A stretch of DNA of 63,553 nucleotides, the filler included, from Choristocarpus tenellus KU-1152 (taxonomy: Eukaryota > Protista > Phaeophyceae), in NCBI GenBank assembly GCA_964200185.2. It is 9 parts of 9 records of this genome, joined end to end, with 100 filler letters (N's around TTAATTAATTAA, not from the genome) between each part and the next. Parts side by side here need not be neighbours in the genome. Positions count along the whole stretch, not along the records: positions 1 to 6,861 come from CAXNAD020007196.1; positions 6,962 to 17,723 come from CAXNAD020002729.1; 7 more parts are not named here. The stretch is one strand, 5' to 3'. The position numbers and the translations under genes are program-made. Positions within the stretch are counted from its first letter, which is position 1; each line of letters opens with the position of its first letter. Below are positions 1 to 11,999 of the stretch, piece after piece. The notes under the pieces are model-generated. The model did no database searches. It was not told the DNA's origin and saw only the letters and a program-made list of their open reading frames with translations.

Positions 1-21
1 CTCCCTGTCTGGCAGTCCGTT

Positions 22-108
22 CCCTCCCTCATCTTCATCCCCTCCTTTGTGTTTGTCCCCTCCCTCGTCTCCATCCCCTCCATGGTGTTCGTGCCCTCCC
101 TCGTCTTC
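22..108. repeat. 36-bp tandem repeat, about 2.4 copies
   Basis: Unit ccctccctc(a/g)tct(t/c)catcccctcc... starts at 22, 58 and 94. Confidence 0.8.
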
Positions 109-699
109 TTTCTCACGGCCATCTGATGCTGATCCGTTGTTCTCTCCACTTCTGCGCCACCGCCATCACAGCCCCGCCCGCTGTGAATCTGGTGGAGGTT
201 GACCTGGTTGAGTCCATCCTGATATTTCCCATCCCAGGTGGTGAGGTAAGCGTGTAGAGATGAGTCCTTCTCGAGAATCTGGTGGTGGACACGGCGGAGG
301 ACGTTGTTGAGGAGAGGAGGGGACGATGGTGACGTCAAAAATGTGAGAGTGTAATTGAAGTACGATAGCATGTCAATTGAACAGAGCAAACGATACGGTT
401 GACGTGGTGAACGTGTTTAAGGCGGGTTGCGGGGCGAAATAGTTTGAAAGAAGTCCATGTCGAGGACGCCAGTCTGTATGTAGGTTTTTTCAGTGACGCG
501 CGTTGGAGGCAGAAACGAGGTGGAGATTGGCCAAGATCGTTGTCTACAGTTGAAGGAAACGATTGTCTATTCCCGCTATTAGCAACGAAAGACTAGAACT
601 GACAAAATAGCAACGTTTGTTGTAGGGAAGGCAACTCTGTCGCTCATGATGATGACGAAGACCCACCACCAATCCTACCAAGCATCAACTATTTTTTTT

Positions 700-2996
700 G
701 GTACAAGTCATTTCAGCTGTAATTACGAACACAGGAGGCACACTCACGGCTCTGACCCGTTGCAGAGGTTTCATTCCGACTACCGTCGAGATGTTTGCCC
801 TCAGCTGGCAGACGGACCCCGCCTGTTGGTCGCCAGATGAAACCTTCTGCAGAAGTTGGGCCACCTCCCTCTTTCTCTCCTCGTAGTAGAGCTTGACCCA
901 GAGGTCGTGCATACTGCACTTCTCGCATGTGAGCCTGTCCATATCCCTGGCAGCCCGTGCATCATTCACGTAACGTCCAGAATTCAGAACGATTTTGCAA
1001 CAATTAATAAGTGCAGTGAAGAAAAAGACGCTCACAGTATATTTTACGATTGAGGGGCGCATGGCGACGTATGGGTGCACAGGAGATACGGAAAAGGCAA
1101 AATAAAGATAACCGCTGCAACTGCACCATTTACCATCCTTTGGAGCTCTGGTGTCCACTTCTCCTTGGGCACAATCTGCCTGGTGCGCGAGATAAGCATC
1201 TCAGACATGTGCGCGTCCGATTCGATGTCCTTGTGGTCCCTCGCCGTAGGAACCTTCCCGTAGAACGACTTGTACCTGCTAAAAGAGAATGGCCCTGAAG
1301 GACGTCAACGAGAACGATGCACAGGTTATGAAGAGGAAAGGGGAGCAACTGCGGCAAATAGTCATGGATCGATTCTCGTACTTCCTAAAAGACAAGAGCG
1401 CACATACACTGGAAACACACACTGCTTGTAGAATTACCAGAATACTACGAAGGGTTTTTCGTTCAACACAACAATGGCCGACTACATTCTTCATTGCAGG
1501 AGACACTTATTTCACGTTCCTGTGCAATGTGCTGCAATCTGCACAAATTGCGCTTACTGCTGTCTACACGATAAAACACAGTGGCGTTTTGACTTGCCTA
1601 GCAAGCAGATGGATGCATAGCCCCTGCTTGAGAGAAGTGTGACTGCGTTGCGGTCAACCTGTGGTGACAAGATCTCACACACTTCCTTCAGTACCTTGAA
1701 GGACTCTGGTCGAAGGGACTTTACCTCTTGCTGCCAGTTTCGTAGAATTGTTTTCGCCGGGGGAGTAACGCCCACCTTCGCGATGGGCAGAAAACGGAAA
1801 ATATTATGCACCCAGCCAGCGAGGATGAGGCATCTTTATTACCACGCCAACGCGGTATGTATGTGTGTGTTTTTGGGGGTGGGGTGGGGGGGGTTTCAGG
1901 CAACACTGTCGATAAAACGATCAAGGACGCTTTTTATTGTACGTCTGTGGTTAACCACACATACATACTACATGGTCACCCGAAAATCAATAAGTTGGTT
2001 GACAGGGTATCTAAATGTGGGATAACTATCTCAACTTAGGTTGAATAGCAGGACACAGAGAGATTTCACAACAGCTGTAACCCAACTAGAGGAGGAATAG
2101 AGCGCAACCATCCCACCAATGTCGACAACTCTCTCACCTTTTTGTACATTTTGCGGATCTCTACTAGTGACACTTCTTTTTTCTTCGTCTGTCGCTTGAT
2201 AGCTTCTTGGAGCTCGTGCTGAAAATATATCTTAACGTATAGCATGCGCTCAACCACACTCTCGGTCGTGTCGTTGAATGCTATAAGCATGGCAGTGCAG
2301 TGGGCGAATGGGACAAGGATTAGGTGGGGAGCGGTTGCGGGACACACGCGGCCTTCGGCAGTGAGCAACATGTTGCTGTGGACAGGAAGACCACAAGGGA
2401 TAAAAAAGATGAGCAATGAAAGGATCCACAATGGACTGACTGATGATGAACCAAGCAAAGGAAACTCAGCAACAACTTCGTACATCAGAATAGTCATCAG
2501 GCGATCATGGAACAACGAAAACACTTAACTTACTTTGTTGCTTAGTTGATCAGAATGGTCAGGCGACCATGGAACACCGAAAACACTCCATTACCCACCA
2601 TTGGCAATTAGCCTCTCTTCTGCTTTGTTGAACTCCATGTAGATCCGCATGGGGAAAGTGCGTTCGGGATCAATCTCTCTCTTCAGCACCGTTATTCTAT
2701 GGTTTCCGCCCAGTGTACGTCCTTGAATGGCAAGCGCAGTTTCGGCATTGAGCTGGTCCCCATTACCTGAACAGTCTCGCTGGATGACAACACTTGGGCA
2801 AACTGCTCCAGCCAGCCTTTCTCCTGTATAGACTTGCTCAAGCGCGCAAGGCCGCGCTCACTTCAAGGACGCACCATCTCCGTGCATGTGATGTTGCCGA
2901 GTTTCATCTTGTACGTGCAGAGGTAGTCATGCTCTAGGAGCTGGGACATGCCCTTCAGATTGCTGTCCCACGTTCTCGATCCGTGGGCAGCGCCAT
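700..2996 (-). pseudogene. Multi-exon ParB/Srx-fold (GxHR) protein gene, disrupted
   Basis: Manual minus-strand translation. Exon ~2949-2599: MSQLLEHDYLCTYKMKLGNITCTEMVRP*SERGLARLSKSIQEKGWLEQFA/PSVVIQRD...GRTLGGNHRITVLKREIDPERTFPMRIYMEFNKAEERLIAN (TGA at 2863-2865, 1-nt frameshift near 2797). Phase-compatible GT-AG exons follow at 2280-2138 (AFNDTTESVVERMLYVKIYFQHELQEAIKRQTKKKEVSLVEIRKMYKK) and 1775-1659 (VGVTPPAKTILRNWQQEVKSL...). Further probable exons near 1276-1135 and ~950-700. The pattern R-P-x-S-x-x-G-x-x-x-L-x-x-S-I-x-x-x-G...P-x-V-V...GNHR is the ParB N-terminal/sulfiredoxin signature. Confidence 0.7.
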
Positions 2997-3294
2997 CGGC
3001 GGGCGGGTGGGTTGTTGCTGAGGGAATGCTGGACATGGCGAAGATTGGGAGGGTGTGATGGGGATGGATAAGTAAGAGGTCTGCGTGGTATGTACAGAAG
3101 GGAATGAATTGAAATGAGGACTGAGGGATGGGAGGTGCTGCTTTATTTCATCTGGTCTGTCGGTCGTCAAAACTCAGATTTCACAATTTTTATGAGAATT
3201 GTGTTATAAAAATACGAATATCGAACATCATACGATTTCATATTGAAATGGGACAGAGAGTAGCTGTTTTTTTGTGACCTTTCGTTTCGTACCT

Positions 3295-4367
3295 TTCAAA
3301 ACGTATTGGGTCAATGAAGGATGTGGTTGTATCTGTCTTTGTTGATGTAAAGATTAGAATATCATTCTAATTTCGTAAAAACCCTAACGCACGTGTTTTT
3401 GGGTGTTCAACGGTAAACGCGATCCGGACGGATCTTTAATACCATAGATCCGCTTCTTTGTCGTCTCTAGTGTTTTTAAGAATACTAAAGACGCCAAGAA
3501 ACGGATTTAGTATTTAAATAAATTGTGGGTACCAGTTGGAAGTGTCCTTTTAGTTTCTGAAAATTGGAAACGTGTGAGACCCATAAAGTGCGTTCTTGAT
3601 ATTTTCAAAAACTGTAAGAACGGTTATTACTGGATTTACTATTTCTAAAAATACTAATGCACGTGTCTAGGGTATTCACGAGTAAAACTGGATCAGTATT
3701 ACTCAAAGAACCACTTTGTGTCGCCTCTACAATTTACGAGAATCGATATGTCCAATTTGGTAAGATTTTGTACTTCAAATATGTAGAGGGTGCAAGTTGT
3801 TTTTTGACGTTTTGGTTACTGAACAATGGAAACATACAATATCAATGAAGTATGTGCTTTGTATTTTAAACAACTTGTAAGTACGGATATAATCGGATTT
3901 ACAATTTCTAAAAAACGTAGTACACGGATTTTCAGGATCATGGATCTCAGGGTGGTCCCACCGATCGCCCGAGGCTCAAACAAAGTTGGTTTCAGAACGT
4001 TGGAAAAGTACAAGATCAATGAAGTATGTGCTTTGTATTTTAAACAACTTGTAAGTACGGATATAATCTGATTTGCAATTTCTAAAAAACGTAATACACG
4101 AATTTTCAGGATCATGGATCTCAGGGTGGTCCCACCGATCGCCCGAGGCTCAAACAAAGTTGGTTTCGGAACATTGGAAATGTACAATATCAATTAAGTA
4201 TGTGATTGGTATCTTAAAAAATACAAATCACTGATATAATTGGATTTAAAAAAAATAGAAATCACGGATATAATCTGATTTACAACTTCCGAAAAGTGTA
4301 ATGCACGGATTTTCAGGATCATGGATCTCAGGGTTGTCCCACTGATCGCCGGAGGCTCAAACAAAGT
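3295..4367. repeat. Tandem array: three young 174-bp units (3827, 4001, 4175) preceded by two diverged ~265-bp related units (~3297, ~3565)
   Basis: Units share tggaaa...caatgaagtatgtgctttgtattttaaacaacttgtaagtacggatataatc...caggatcatggatctcagggtggtcccaccgatcgcccgaggctcaaacaaagtt; the older units share the first ~100 bp. Confidence 0.9.
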
Positions 4368-6861
4368 TTGTACGCTCGTCTTCGAATCAGATCACTCCTA
4401 GACCTTCTCACTGCCCAAGACCGCCTGTTGCTCGAAAACACCATGCCAGTTGCTTCCACGGCAAGGGGTTGGCTTTTGTCGCCTACGTCTCCCCCTGTGT
4501 TGCCCCCTCACCAGCCCGCCAACAATGATGTGCTGGAGCTTCATGCCAATGATGCTTCAGCGACTGGAACCAAGCTTCGACTGGGATGGATTGAACCCAT
4601 CCCAGTCAATGAACAGCATGACTACTTCAAGGGCTTAGCCTGTGTGAAGAAGTTCGCGGCAGATGGCGAGTCCTTCCTTGCACGCACCTTGGCCAAAGAG
4701 CAGGACATCATCCGGGCGTGTGAGAACCTCCGCGATCGCAAGCACTTCGTTGGCGGCCGTGTACCTGTCATTAGGTTGGGACCTGGATGTGGATCTATGC
4801 TCGCGGCCGGCATTCCCATCTGTACGAAATTTTTCAAGGCATCGTTCAGGATATCCAATTATGTCATCGACGCTTGCAAAGGCACACCTAACACAAGAGC
4901 ATCCACCGGCGTGGAGAGGTGGGTTTGAAGTATGTACACAGTGTCACTTGAACCCGGTATATTTTCCCCCCTGCTTGAATACACAATAGTAGTCCTATCT
5001 GAGAACAATGTTATCCGACCGTACTCACCCGGTTCACTTTGCAGTTACAATGCCTAGATGTCTGATATACAAATCCCTCCAGCGTGGAGTAATGACTTGC
5101 CTATGTATGTATATACACGTGCGATATGTTTTTCATGCTTCAACAATATCATCTCATTCGACCGTCCCCGCACTGCTGCATCATGTACCACGCGTAAATA
5201 TATACATAATATGTGATCCGCTGCTGGCATACGATACCTCTAGGATTCCATCCCCCGTCCCTCGTATCCACCTCCAACACATATCCCATCCATATATATA
5301 CATACGTGCGCTCCTACAACAGGAACGGCACGAGCAAAGATAAGGACATGGCTCCGAAGCAAGACCTGGTGGTGTCCTGGATAGACTACTGGGCTGATAC
5401 ATACGGGAAGTTCATGCCTCATAAGTCCACAATTGTGATCTACGCCGCGAATAAACAGGTCGGTTTTGCCCTTGGTCGTGGAGAGGTTGACTGCACCCTG
5501 TGTTGGAGTTAGATGCAAACAGTGCGACCCGGCAGTACGTAGAAAAGGTGGATCTAAGTATTATTTCGAGTGGTGGATGTTCATTACTTTGACTGGTCTG
5601 ATATTATGGCAAAAAGAACATGTGAAGATTCATACAAAGTGCTATCTTTTTCGTTTGCTATATCGATATTACAATATTCATGATGATCCTCTTCGTCGAT
5701 TTTACGAAGGAAGACACAATAACTGTTATTTCAACGCTGAGCACACATACTCTGCGGCCCCAGGCCCGGTCTGACATTGGTAGGAAAAGTGTGTACTTCG
5801 TGTGTCTAAAGCGCTTCGCGATGATGATGATGATGATGGTAGATTCGCCTCCTTTGTCGCTTCTGCAAACGGCAGCGAGGCCCAAACAGAATGACGCTCA
5901 TGGCAGATTTAATCAGATCATTGAATTTGCTCTTTCGTAACGCACGATGCAAGCTTGCTTGATCCTGTCTTCCGCGTTCTCAGTCAAGTTATTGGTCAGC
6001 CCGCCTTCGAGAGATCTTGCAGGGGTGTTCTTCGAATGTTCCTTCTCAATAACTCCTCACTTGCCCACACAACCAACATTTTTAATTAGGAGCTATACAA
6101 GGATTTTTGCAAAGAGGCAATACGGGGGTGTATCCTGACGACCCTCCCAAGCGGGTAAGCAGGGCGCACTTCCTCCGATTGATCAGAGAGGACAGGCCCA
6201 ACAACAGGGTGAGGGTAGGAGGCGAGTTTATGAAATGTGACATATGTGTCACGTTAAAAGAGAAGCGGCACGGTGCGCCTGGTGTAAAACCCACAAACGA
6301 CTCCACCATACTCGAGTCCATCGATAAGGAGCTGTCAGACCATCGAGAGGTAGGTGTCCAGCGTTAATTTTGCAACAAGAGCACAGTGACAACATGTCGC
6401 CGTCATTGCCCTCCATTTTCAAGAACATCTGTTTCCTTTTGCGAATGAAGACTCCCACGTAGGTGTTTATGGCTGCAGCAGTAGCCTCACTCACCGCAAA
6501 AGTTGTTGTTATTAGCTGCCCAAACATCTTATACAATAGACTGCTCCCTGGTAGTGTACAACGGGCTGTGGGAGGGACAGGTCATGTAGTGGTCTTCCGG
6601 CCCGGTACGTACATACTTCCTACCATCCCGATAACACTGTGTTTGTCTTGAACGCAGCAATAAAAAACATATCCCAATACAAATATCTGTTGTTACCCAG
6701 ACTACATTTTTGTTACTAACCTGATACGTGTTAACTAGTGGCATTTTTTTTTTAACTCTGAGCAGATTTATTTGATTAATTCACGTGATGTTGCTGTCCC
6801 CCATTCGCCAGATTATCCAAGCGGATCGGCTGGTCATCGCCAACAGTACCAGCAGCGCCAT
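4368..6861 (+). mobile_element. Sola-like (DUF7869-type) DDD transposase, copy 1; 5' exons only, frameshifted, cut by gap
   Basis: Colinear with 29614-31990 including introns. Exons encode ...CTKFFKASFRISN..., WADTYGKFMPHKSTIVIYAANKQ and ...GGEFMKCDICVTLKEKRHG. Two extra G near 6125 shift the frame relative to copy 2. Confidence 0.75.
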
Positions 6862-6961
6862 NNNNNNNNNNNNNNNNNNNNNNNNNNNNNNNNNNNNNNN
6901 NNNNNTTAATTAATTAANNNNNNNNNNNNNNNNNNNNNNNNNNNNNNNNNNNNNNNNNNNN
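6862..6961. other. Assembly gap with TTAATTAATTAA spacer (also 17724-17823, 24388-24487, 29514-29613, 34035-34134, 46695-46794, 54447-54546, 57919-58018; plain 10-N gap at 26843-26852)
   Basis: Eight identical 100-bp N blocks with a central 12-mer that places stops in all frames. Confidence 0.98.
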
Positions 6962-8296
6962 CTTGAGAACTTAGCACAATTCAATAAGTCGTGCTAGCTA
7001 GCATGTTAAAGAAATTGGTGTTCCCAAGACTTGTGTATGTAAATAACTCGAGTATTTCCTCATTATGTAGAACAGGTTGTACATGAAGTAAGGAAGGTGT
7101 AAGAACGGAGAGTGAGCTCCAAAGCTCAAAGGGGGTCATCACCTTACGATTCACATATTCTAACAACCCGTCATTCAGTCCGTTGTACTAAAATAACCCG
7201 CGGACAATACTTTCGTTGTCACCTAACAAAGACATACTATCGGTTATACCATAATAACCCTCGAACAATATTTTCATTATCCAACAATACTTCAACAACT
7301 CAATGTTTCCCCCACAGAATCGTATTTTACACATGAATAAAAAATATATTCTTAACATCAACACTATCTGCAAGGGGACATTGATGTATTCTTAGTTTTC
7401 AATTAGTACATATGTTAGGGAGGTTTCATAAGTACTGACAACAACTGTTGCCCCTAAAGGTTTCCCTGTTATGTAGTTTTGGTGTCTGTTCCCTCCCTCA
7501 CCCTAACACACTTGAAGAAAATGTCAGAGGGTATTGCAATGGGAAATTTATGAGGTAATGTGATTTTGGGAGGCTTGGTAATTCGTTGGGATAATTGAGG
7601 AAACCAACTGATGTCAAGATGGGGAGGGGAGATGAAAGGTTAACGAGTGGATTCTAGAGTATTGATGGGGATTGTGACCCGGTGAGGTATAATAGTGTAG
7701 GGTGGTTTATGGTTGGAACTAGGCATGGGTGATGAAATTGCCAGAGTTGAACATTTTCTAGGGTAATGTCTGGGGTGATCCAGAGTGAAAGTGATAGTTG
7801 AGGACTGAGTGTGATGCTACTGTGGGTACAAAGAGATATATCAGTTTCTATCGAGTCTATTCCAATAATAGTAGCTGGTGTAGCTCCAATCGTGAATGTT
7901 AATACTCTAGAACATCCATATTATTAGAATTGACAGGTTAGTGCACACAGCAGGGCAGTAAATATGGTTGGATATCCTGCGGAATTTATTGTCAGAAGAG
8001 TACATTAGGTCCACGTGATGAGTCGTAGAGTGTTGTATTGCTATCACTGACATCATTATCCCTTGGGATCAGTGATGAAATTTAACAATTACGATTTGTG
8101 GTAGGTAGTAGCTGGCCTGATACTTTATAAACAGTGATATTTGGAAGCCCCAGGGCGATAATAGGGTGGTGACTAGGGATAGATATATTTGAATGGAGTC
8201 CCGAACAAGATATCATAGGAACACATGCAGCTCCAGCTGCAAGGTTGGACATTTCCTGGCACACTAGAAGCATAGACGTGGCCAATTGTATGGTGA

Positions 8297-8473
8297 GGCT
8301 CAAAGTATCTGTGGGGGGGGTCTACACCAGGGTGTCCATTTGGGTCATGACCAGGAAAAGTGCACTTACATTATCCATCCGACATACGCAACCAAATCAT
8401 CCAAAAAATTGCGAGAGGAAAAAATTGACCCCAAATGGACAACCACCACCACCCCCCCCAGAAAATTTGAGTC
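8297..8473 (+). mobile_element. MITE family A (~175 bp; TIR G(A/G)CYCAAAGTATCTGGGG followed by poly-G)
   Basis: Ends ggctcaaagtatctg...cagaaaatttgagtc. Homologous copies or ends at 17686, 26598-26957 (inverted), 29443, 46603, 54373 and 57800. Related ends at ~17831-17850, ~24550-24583 and ~26073. Confidence 0.8.
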
Positions 8474-8999
8474 CGATTGCTAGTCAGATAACATATGAAA
8501 GTCAAAGTTGGGGGGGATACTGGATCTACATGAATCAGTTGCAGGTTATACAGTTCCTGTCATCAACGTCGTTCTTCCCAAGTTATTTGTGAAAATTGAA
8601 CGGTGAGGACTCATTTTAAGATGATACTTAAGGTAGTACTAAATGTAAGAGTCACGTTGGTCACCCCATCCTGGTTTTTGGTTTTGATATGGTTCATGCT
8701 TGGAAACCTATCTCACATTCTATGGTGGAGTGGGGCATAACTACATACTTCGAAATATATTATTGCCAACTCAAGCATACTGGGGTGGCCTGAACCACAC
8801 TAACTCTCTGTTGTACGCCAAAATTCAACGTACGAAGTCATGGAAGCATCACCTCCTTCTCTTCTGTTACATCTGCTCTGCTGAAGAGATCCTCCGTTCA
8901 TGCCCCTGGTCTGTTATGGTCCTTACCCTTCGCTTCCTCGGTGCACCCTCCACAGCGGGGTTAGGTAGTCTCAAATAGATCTTGAAACTTTGGACAATG

Positions 9000-10540
9000 C
9001 CAGACCTTGTACATGAGTTACTTTGCACTGTCATACTATTGTTTTAAGGCATTCCAATCCACACCACGGGAAATTTTTCCTCCTTTGATACAGTGGTATA
9101 GAGGAAGATTGCCATATAAAAAAAGTCTTTGCTATCATTTCCTTTTGGAGATTCTGTGGCTCTAAAAAGCTCAACACTTCCAGAATGGAATCTTCACGGA
9201 AAAGCCTAACTATTTCAGCAGCTTTTGTTGCATTATGCATGGCATCTGTCGCATCTTTAAACTCTGGGAAATATGCTGCATCATTTGTACACTTGAACTT
9301 GGCCCTGACTTTGTCCTCCACCCGAGAGCTCATTCCGAATATTGGAATATATGAGGGATTGGTGCTCAAAAAATCTGCTCAACCTGTCAAGTAGCCAGAC
9401 AATATCAAGTCTCTGGAACTTGCCAAGTTTCAGGTAGGTCTTGGCAACGTTGACCCTGACCACCTTTTTATCCCCCCAGCCTCCTCCCCTCAGCTCATCT
9501 TTATCCTCCACATCCTCCTCATCATCAGCCTCTGTTTCCTTTTTGCAATCTTCTAACCCTTGCTGTCATCCCCCTGCACATGGGGAGCGAGAAAGAGAAG
9601 GAGGGAAATATTTTCACCACCAGGCTCGATAGAGTAATTCATGTACATTCTGAACTTGTATTGCAATGTGTTCGATCATGTTGAGCAGCAAAATGAGGTA
9701 CAATGCAGTAACATAGTAATGGATACACTCAGCACGATGTTGAAGATATTTCCAGTGAAATATATATATTTTTGATCAAGGTAGACTGAGTGGGGCCAAT
9801 AACGGGAAACAGGAAAAATCATGCAGTTCCTCTTCCTGTGGATAACAGAAATGATCCACTGCTTGAGCCACGTAGCTGTCCAAGAACCTCGCAGGGCAGG
9901 TACTTTTTTGATTGACCCAACCCAGGTCCCACGACTACATTGCCAGATCAGAATCGTAAAAAGAATAAGCTCCTTCAACTGTTTAGTATTCAGCAGCAAC
10001 AACATAGAGCGATTGATAGAGAGGGTTTCCCTACTAGCAGCAAGTACCATGTTCCTGTCGGGTCATCCACCATGTTTGTAAGAGTGTTGTATTGGGATCC
10101 ACTGGTATTGCAGCGATTAATCGCCTTAAGCGAATGTACGAGGCTTCAGAATTCAGGGGAAAGAAGGTCTTACAGATGAACCTAAAGAGCAGCTCCCACC
10201 ACAGCCGACTCAGTTTGTGATGAACTTCTCCTGTAGATCATGAGGAAGGATGATTTCAAAAACGAAGCCTTTGTCCAGGTGAGGAGGATTGTTGCAGAGA
10301 GAGTGCCAAGCGGTATTTCAAAGGTTTTGGGGAATATGATGTTAACTTGGGTTCAAATCGTCAACTCCTCCACTCCCTGCGCAGTCACACCTATCAATCC
10401 CGTTTCCCTTTCTTTGTCTACACTGACCACTCGATTGAGATCCTGGTATATGTGGAGGAGTCCTTCGATCAACTTGTTCTCAGTCAAACAACCACATGGT
10501 CCCCTGATCGGCCAGCAGACATCCTACAGTGAAACTTATA
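9000..10540 (-). pseudogene. Decayed gene of unknown family; weak ParB-like traces
   Basis: Stop-interrupted coding-like frames LTENKLIEGLLHIYQDLNRVVSVDKERETGLIGVTAQGVEELTI*TQVNIIFPKTFEIPL...TWYLLL/GNPLYQSL, plus ORF 9031-9369. Lies just downstream of a tandem repeat, like the two ParB-like genes. Confidence 0.4.
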
Positions 10541-10620
10541 TCTTTCAGTCTCCAGTCCCCATTCCCCAGTTCGCAAGGGTATGGATAGGTAGTCAGGAAT
10601 GTCAGAGGGATTGCACCATA

Positions 10621-11075
10621 CTCCCAACCATCCTGTTCTGAATACGAAATTACGTTGGTGTTGGGGACACAAATTACCTCCGATTTTATTCTCGGGAGTG
10701 TTCTAGAGACTTTCAGATCAGTTGACTGTTTCTTTTCATAATCCTTCTAGAAATAAAGTAGCAAAAAAGTAGTAAACAAATTACTACATACTTTTTGAAA
10801 GAACGAACGATTTCGACATAAATTATAAACAATCACATTTTGTAGTAAAAAATGAGAGAGGGTTGACACCATTCCCCCAACCATCCTCTTCTCAACACAA
10901 AATTACATTGATGTTGGGGAGACAATTGCCTCCGATTATATTCTCGGAGGAATTCTAGAGACTTTCAGATTAGTTAACTTTTCCTTCATATATATGCTTC
11001 TACTAAAAAAGTACAAAATAACTAGTAAAAAAAATCACCCACATACTTTTTAAAAGAACGATCGATTTCGAAATC
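10621..11075. repeat. Tandem duplication, ~253-bp period, two units
   Basis: cccaaccatcct...aaattac...tgttgggga...cctccgatt.tattctcgg...ttctagagactttcagat...catactttt..aaagaacga.cgatttcga at ~10622 and ~10875. Confidence 0.85.
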
Positions 11076-11999
11076 GTATTTTCATGAAATTCATTTATGT
11101 CAAGTATTATAAAGGTTGGATAGATAGATTCTGATTTCATGTGCTTAATTCATTGCATGCTTTACCTCATGGTGGAATAGGATACTGTGTGCGTGGTACT
11201 CGAGCACCGTTGGTTGTGGTCATCTGTGCTGGGACCGCAAGTTATTGTTAAGCTGTGTCTTCAATTCTCTGGCTCATGACCTACAGTACTGTATACAGGT
11301 GAAAAGTAATCTACTTTGCACAACAAACATCACATGTGTAACAAACACAACCTCTAAAACGTACCCTCCCCTTCTCCCAGCCCCTCATTAACTCCTTCCA
11401 TCCACCCCCCCGCCAGTCAGAAATTGTCATGACTCAGTATTTCCGGATAACATTTGTTCCACATCATGCACCCTTTGAACACCACCCTACCGATACACGA
11501 AGCCCGAGCCCCTATAGGGCCTCCATTGAGATTTTCTTATTCAAAACCACGTCAATGAGGTTATCCTTACCCCCCACGGTCTTGATCGGGATTCGAGGCT
11601 TAACTAAACAAGAAGGAATAGACCAAGGTGTGCCAACCGAAGCTTGGAATGGAATGAAGACGCGCTACACAATCACGTCTCACTATGCTCTAGTGCGTTT
11701 GTAATATCACTTCGAAGTGCTTCACGTGGTTGTCTGTCAGTAACAGAAAAAAACTCTGGAGACACATACGGGCCCCTCCTAGTGGCGTTTTGTCCTTTGC
11801 ACTCTCCTCATCACCAAGAATTGGAGACCTTAAATAAGTGAAGGAAAATTGATATTGCCGAGGTGGCTGAGAGTAGTCCAGCGAAATAGACTACGTGTAC
11901 CTAGAATAAGGAACTTGCACCAAAACATGTTCAAAGAAAAAGGTTAGGTTGAAAGTACCTCGTGATTCCGTGCCTTCATACCAGTAGAATAGGAGATGT

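Noticed and set aside
3827-4367. Tandem arrays as CRISPR arrays
   Set aside because: Whole units repeat with no unique spacers, there are no cas genes, and the context is eukaryotic.
6906-6917. TTAATTAATTAA repeated eight times as a biological motif
   Set aside because: Always centred in identical 100-bp N blocks; it is an assembly spacer.
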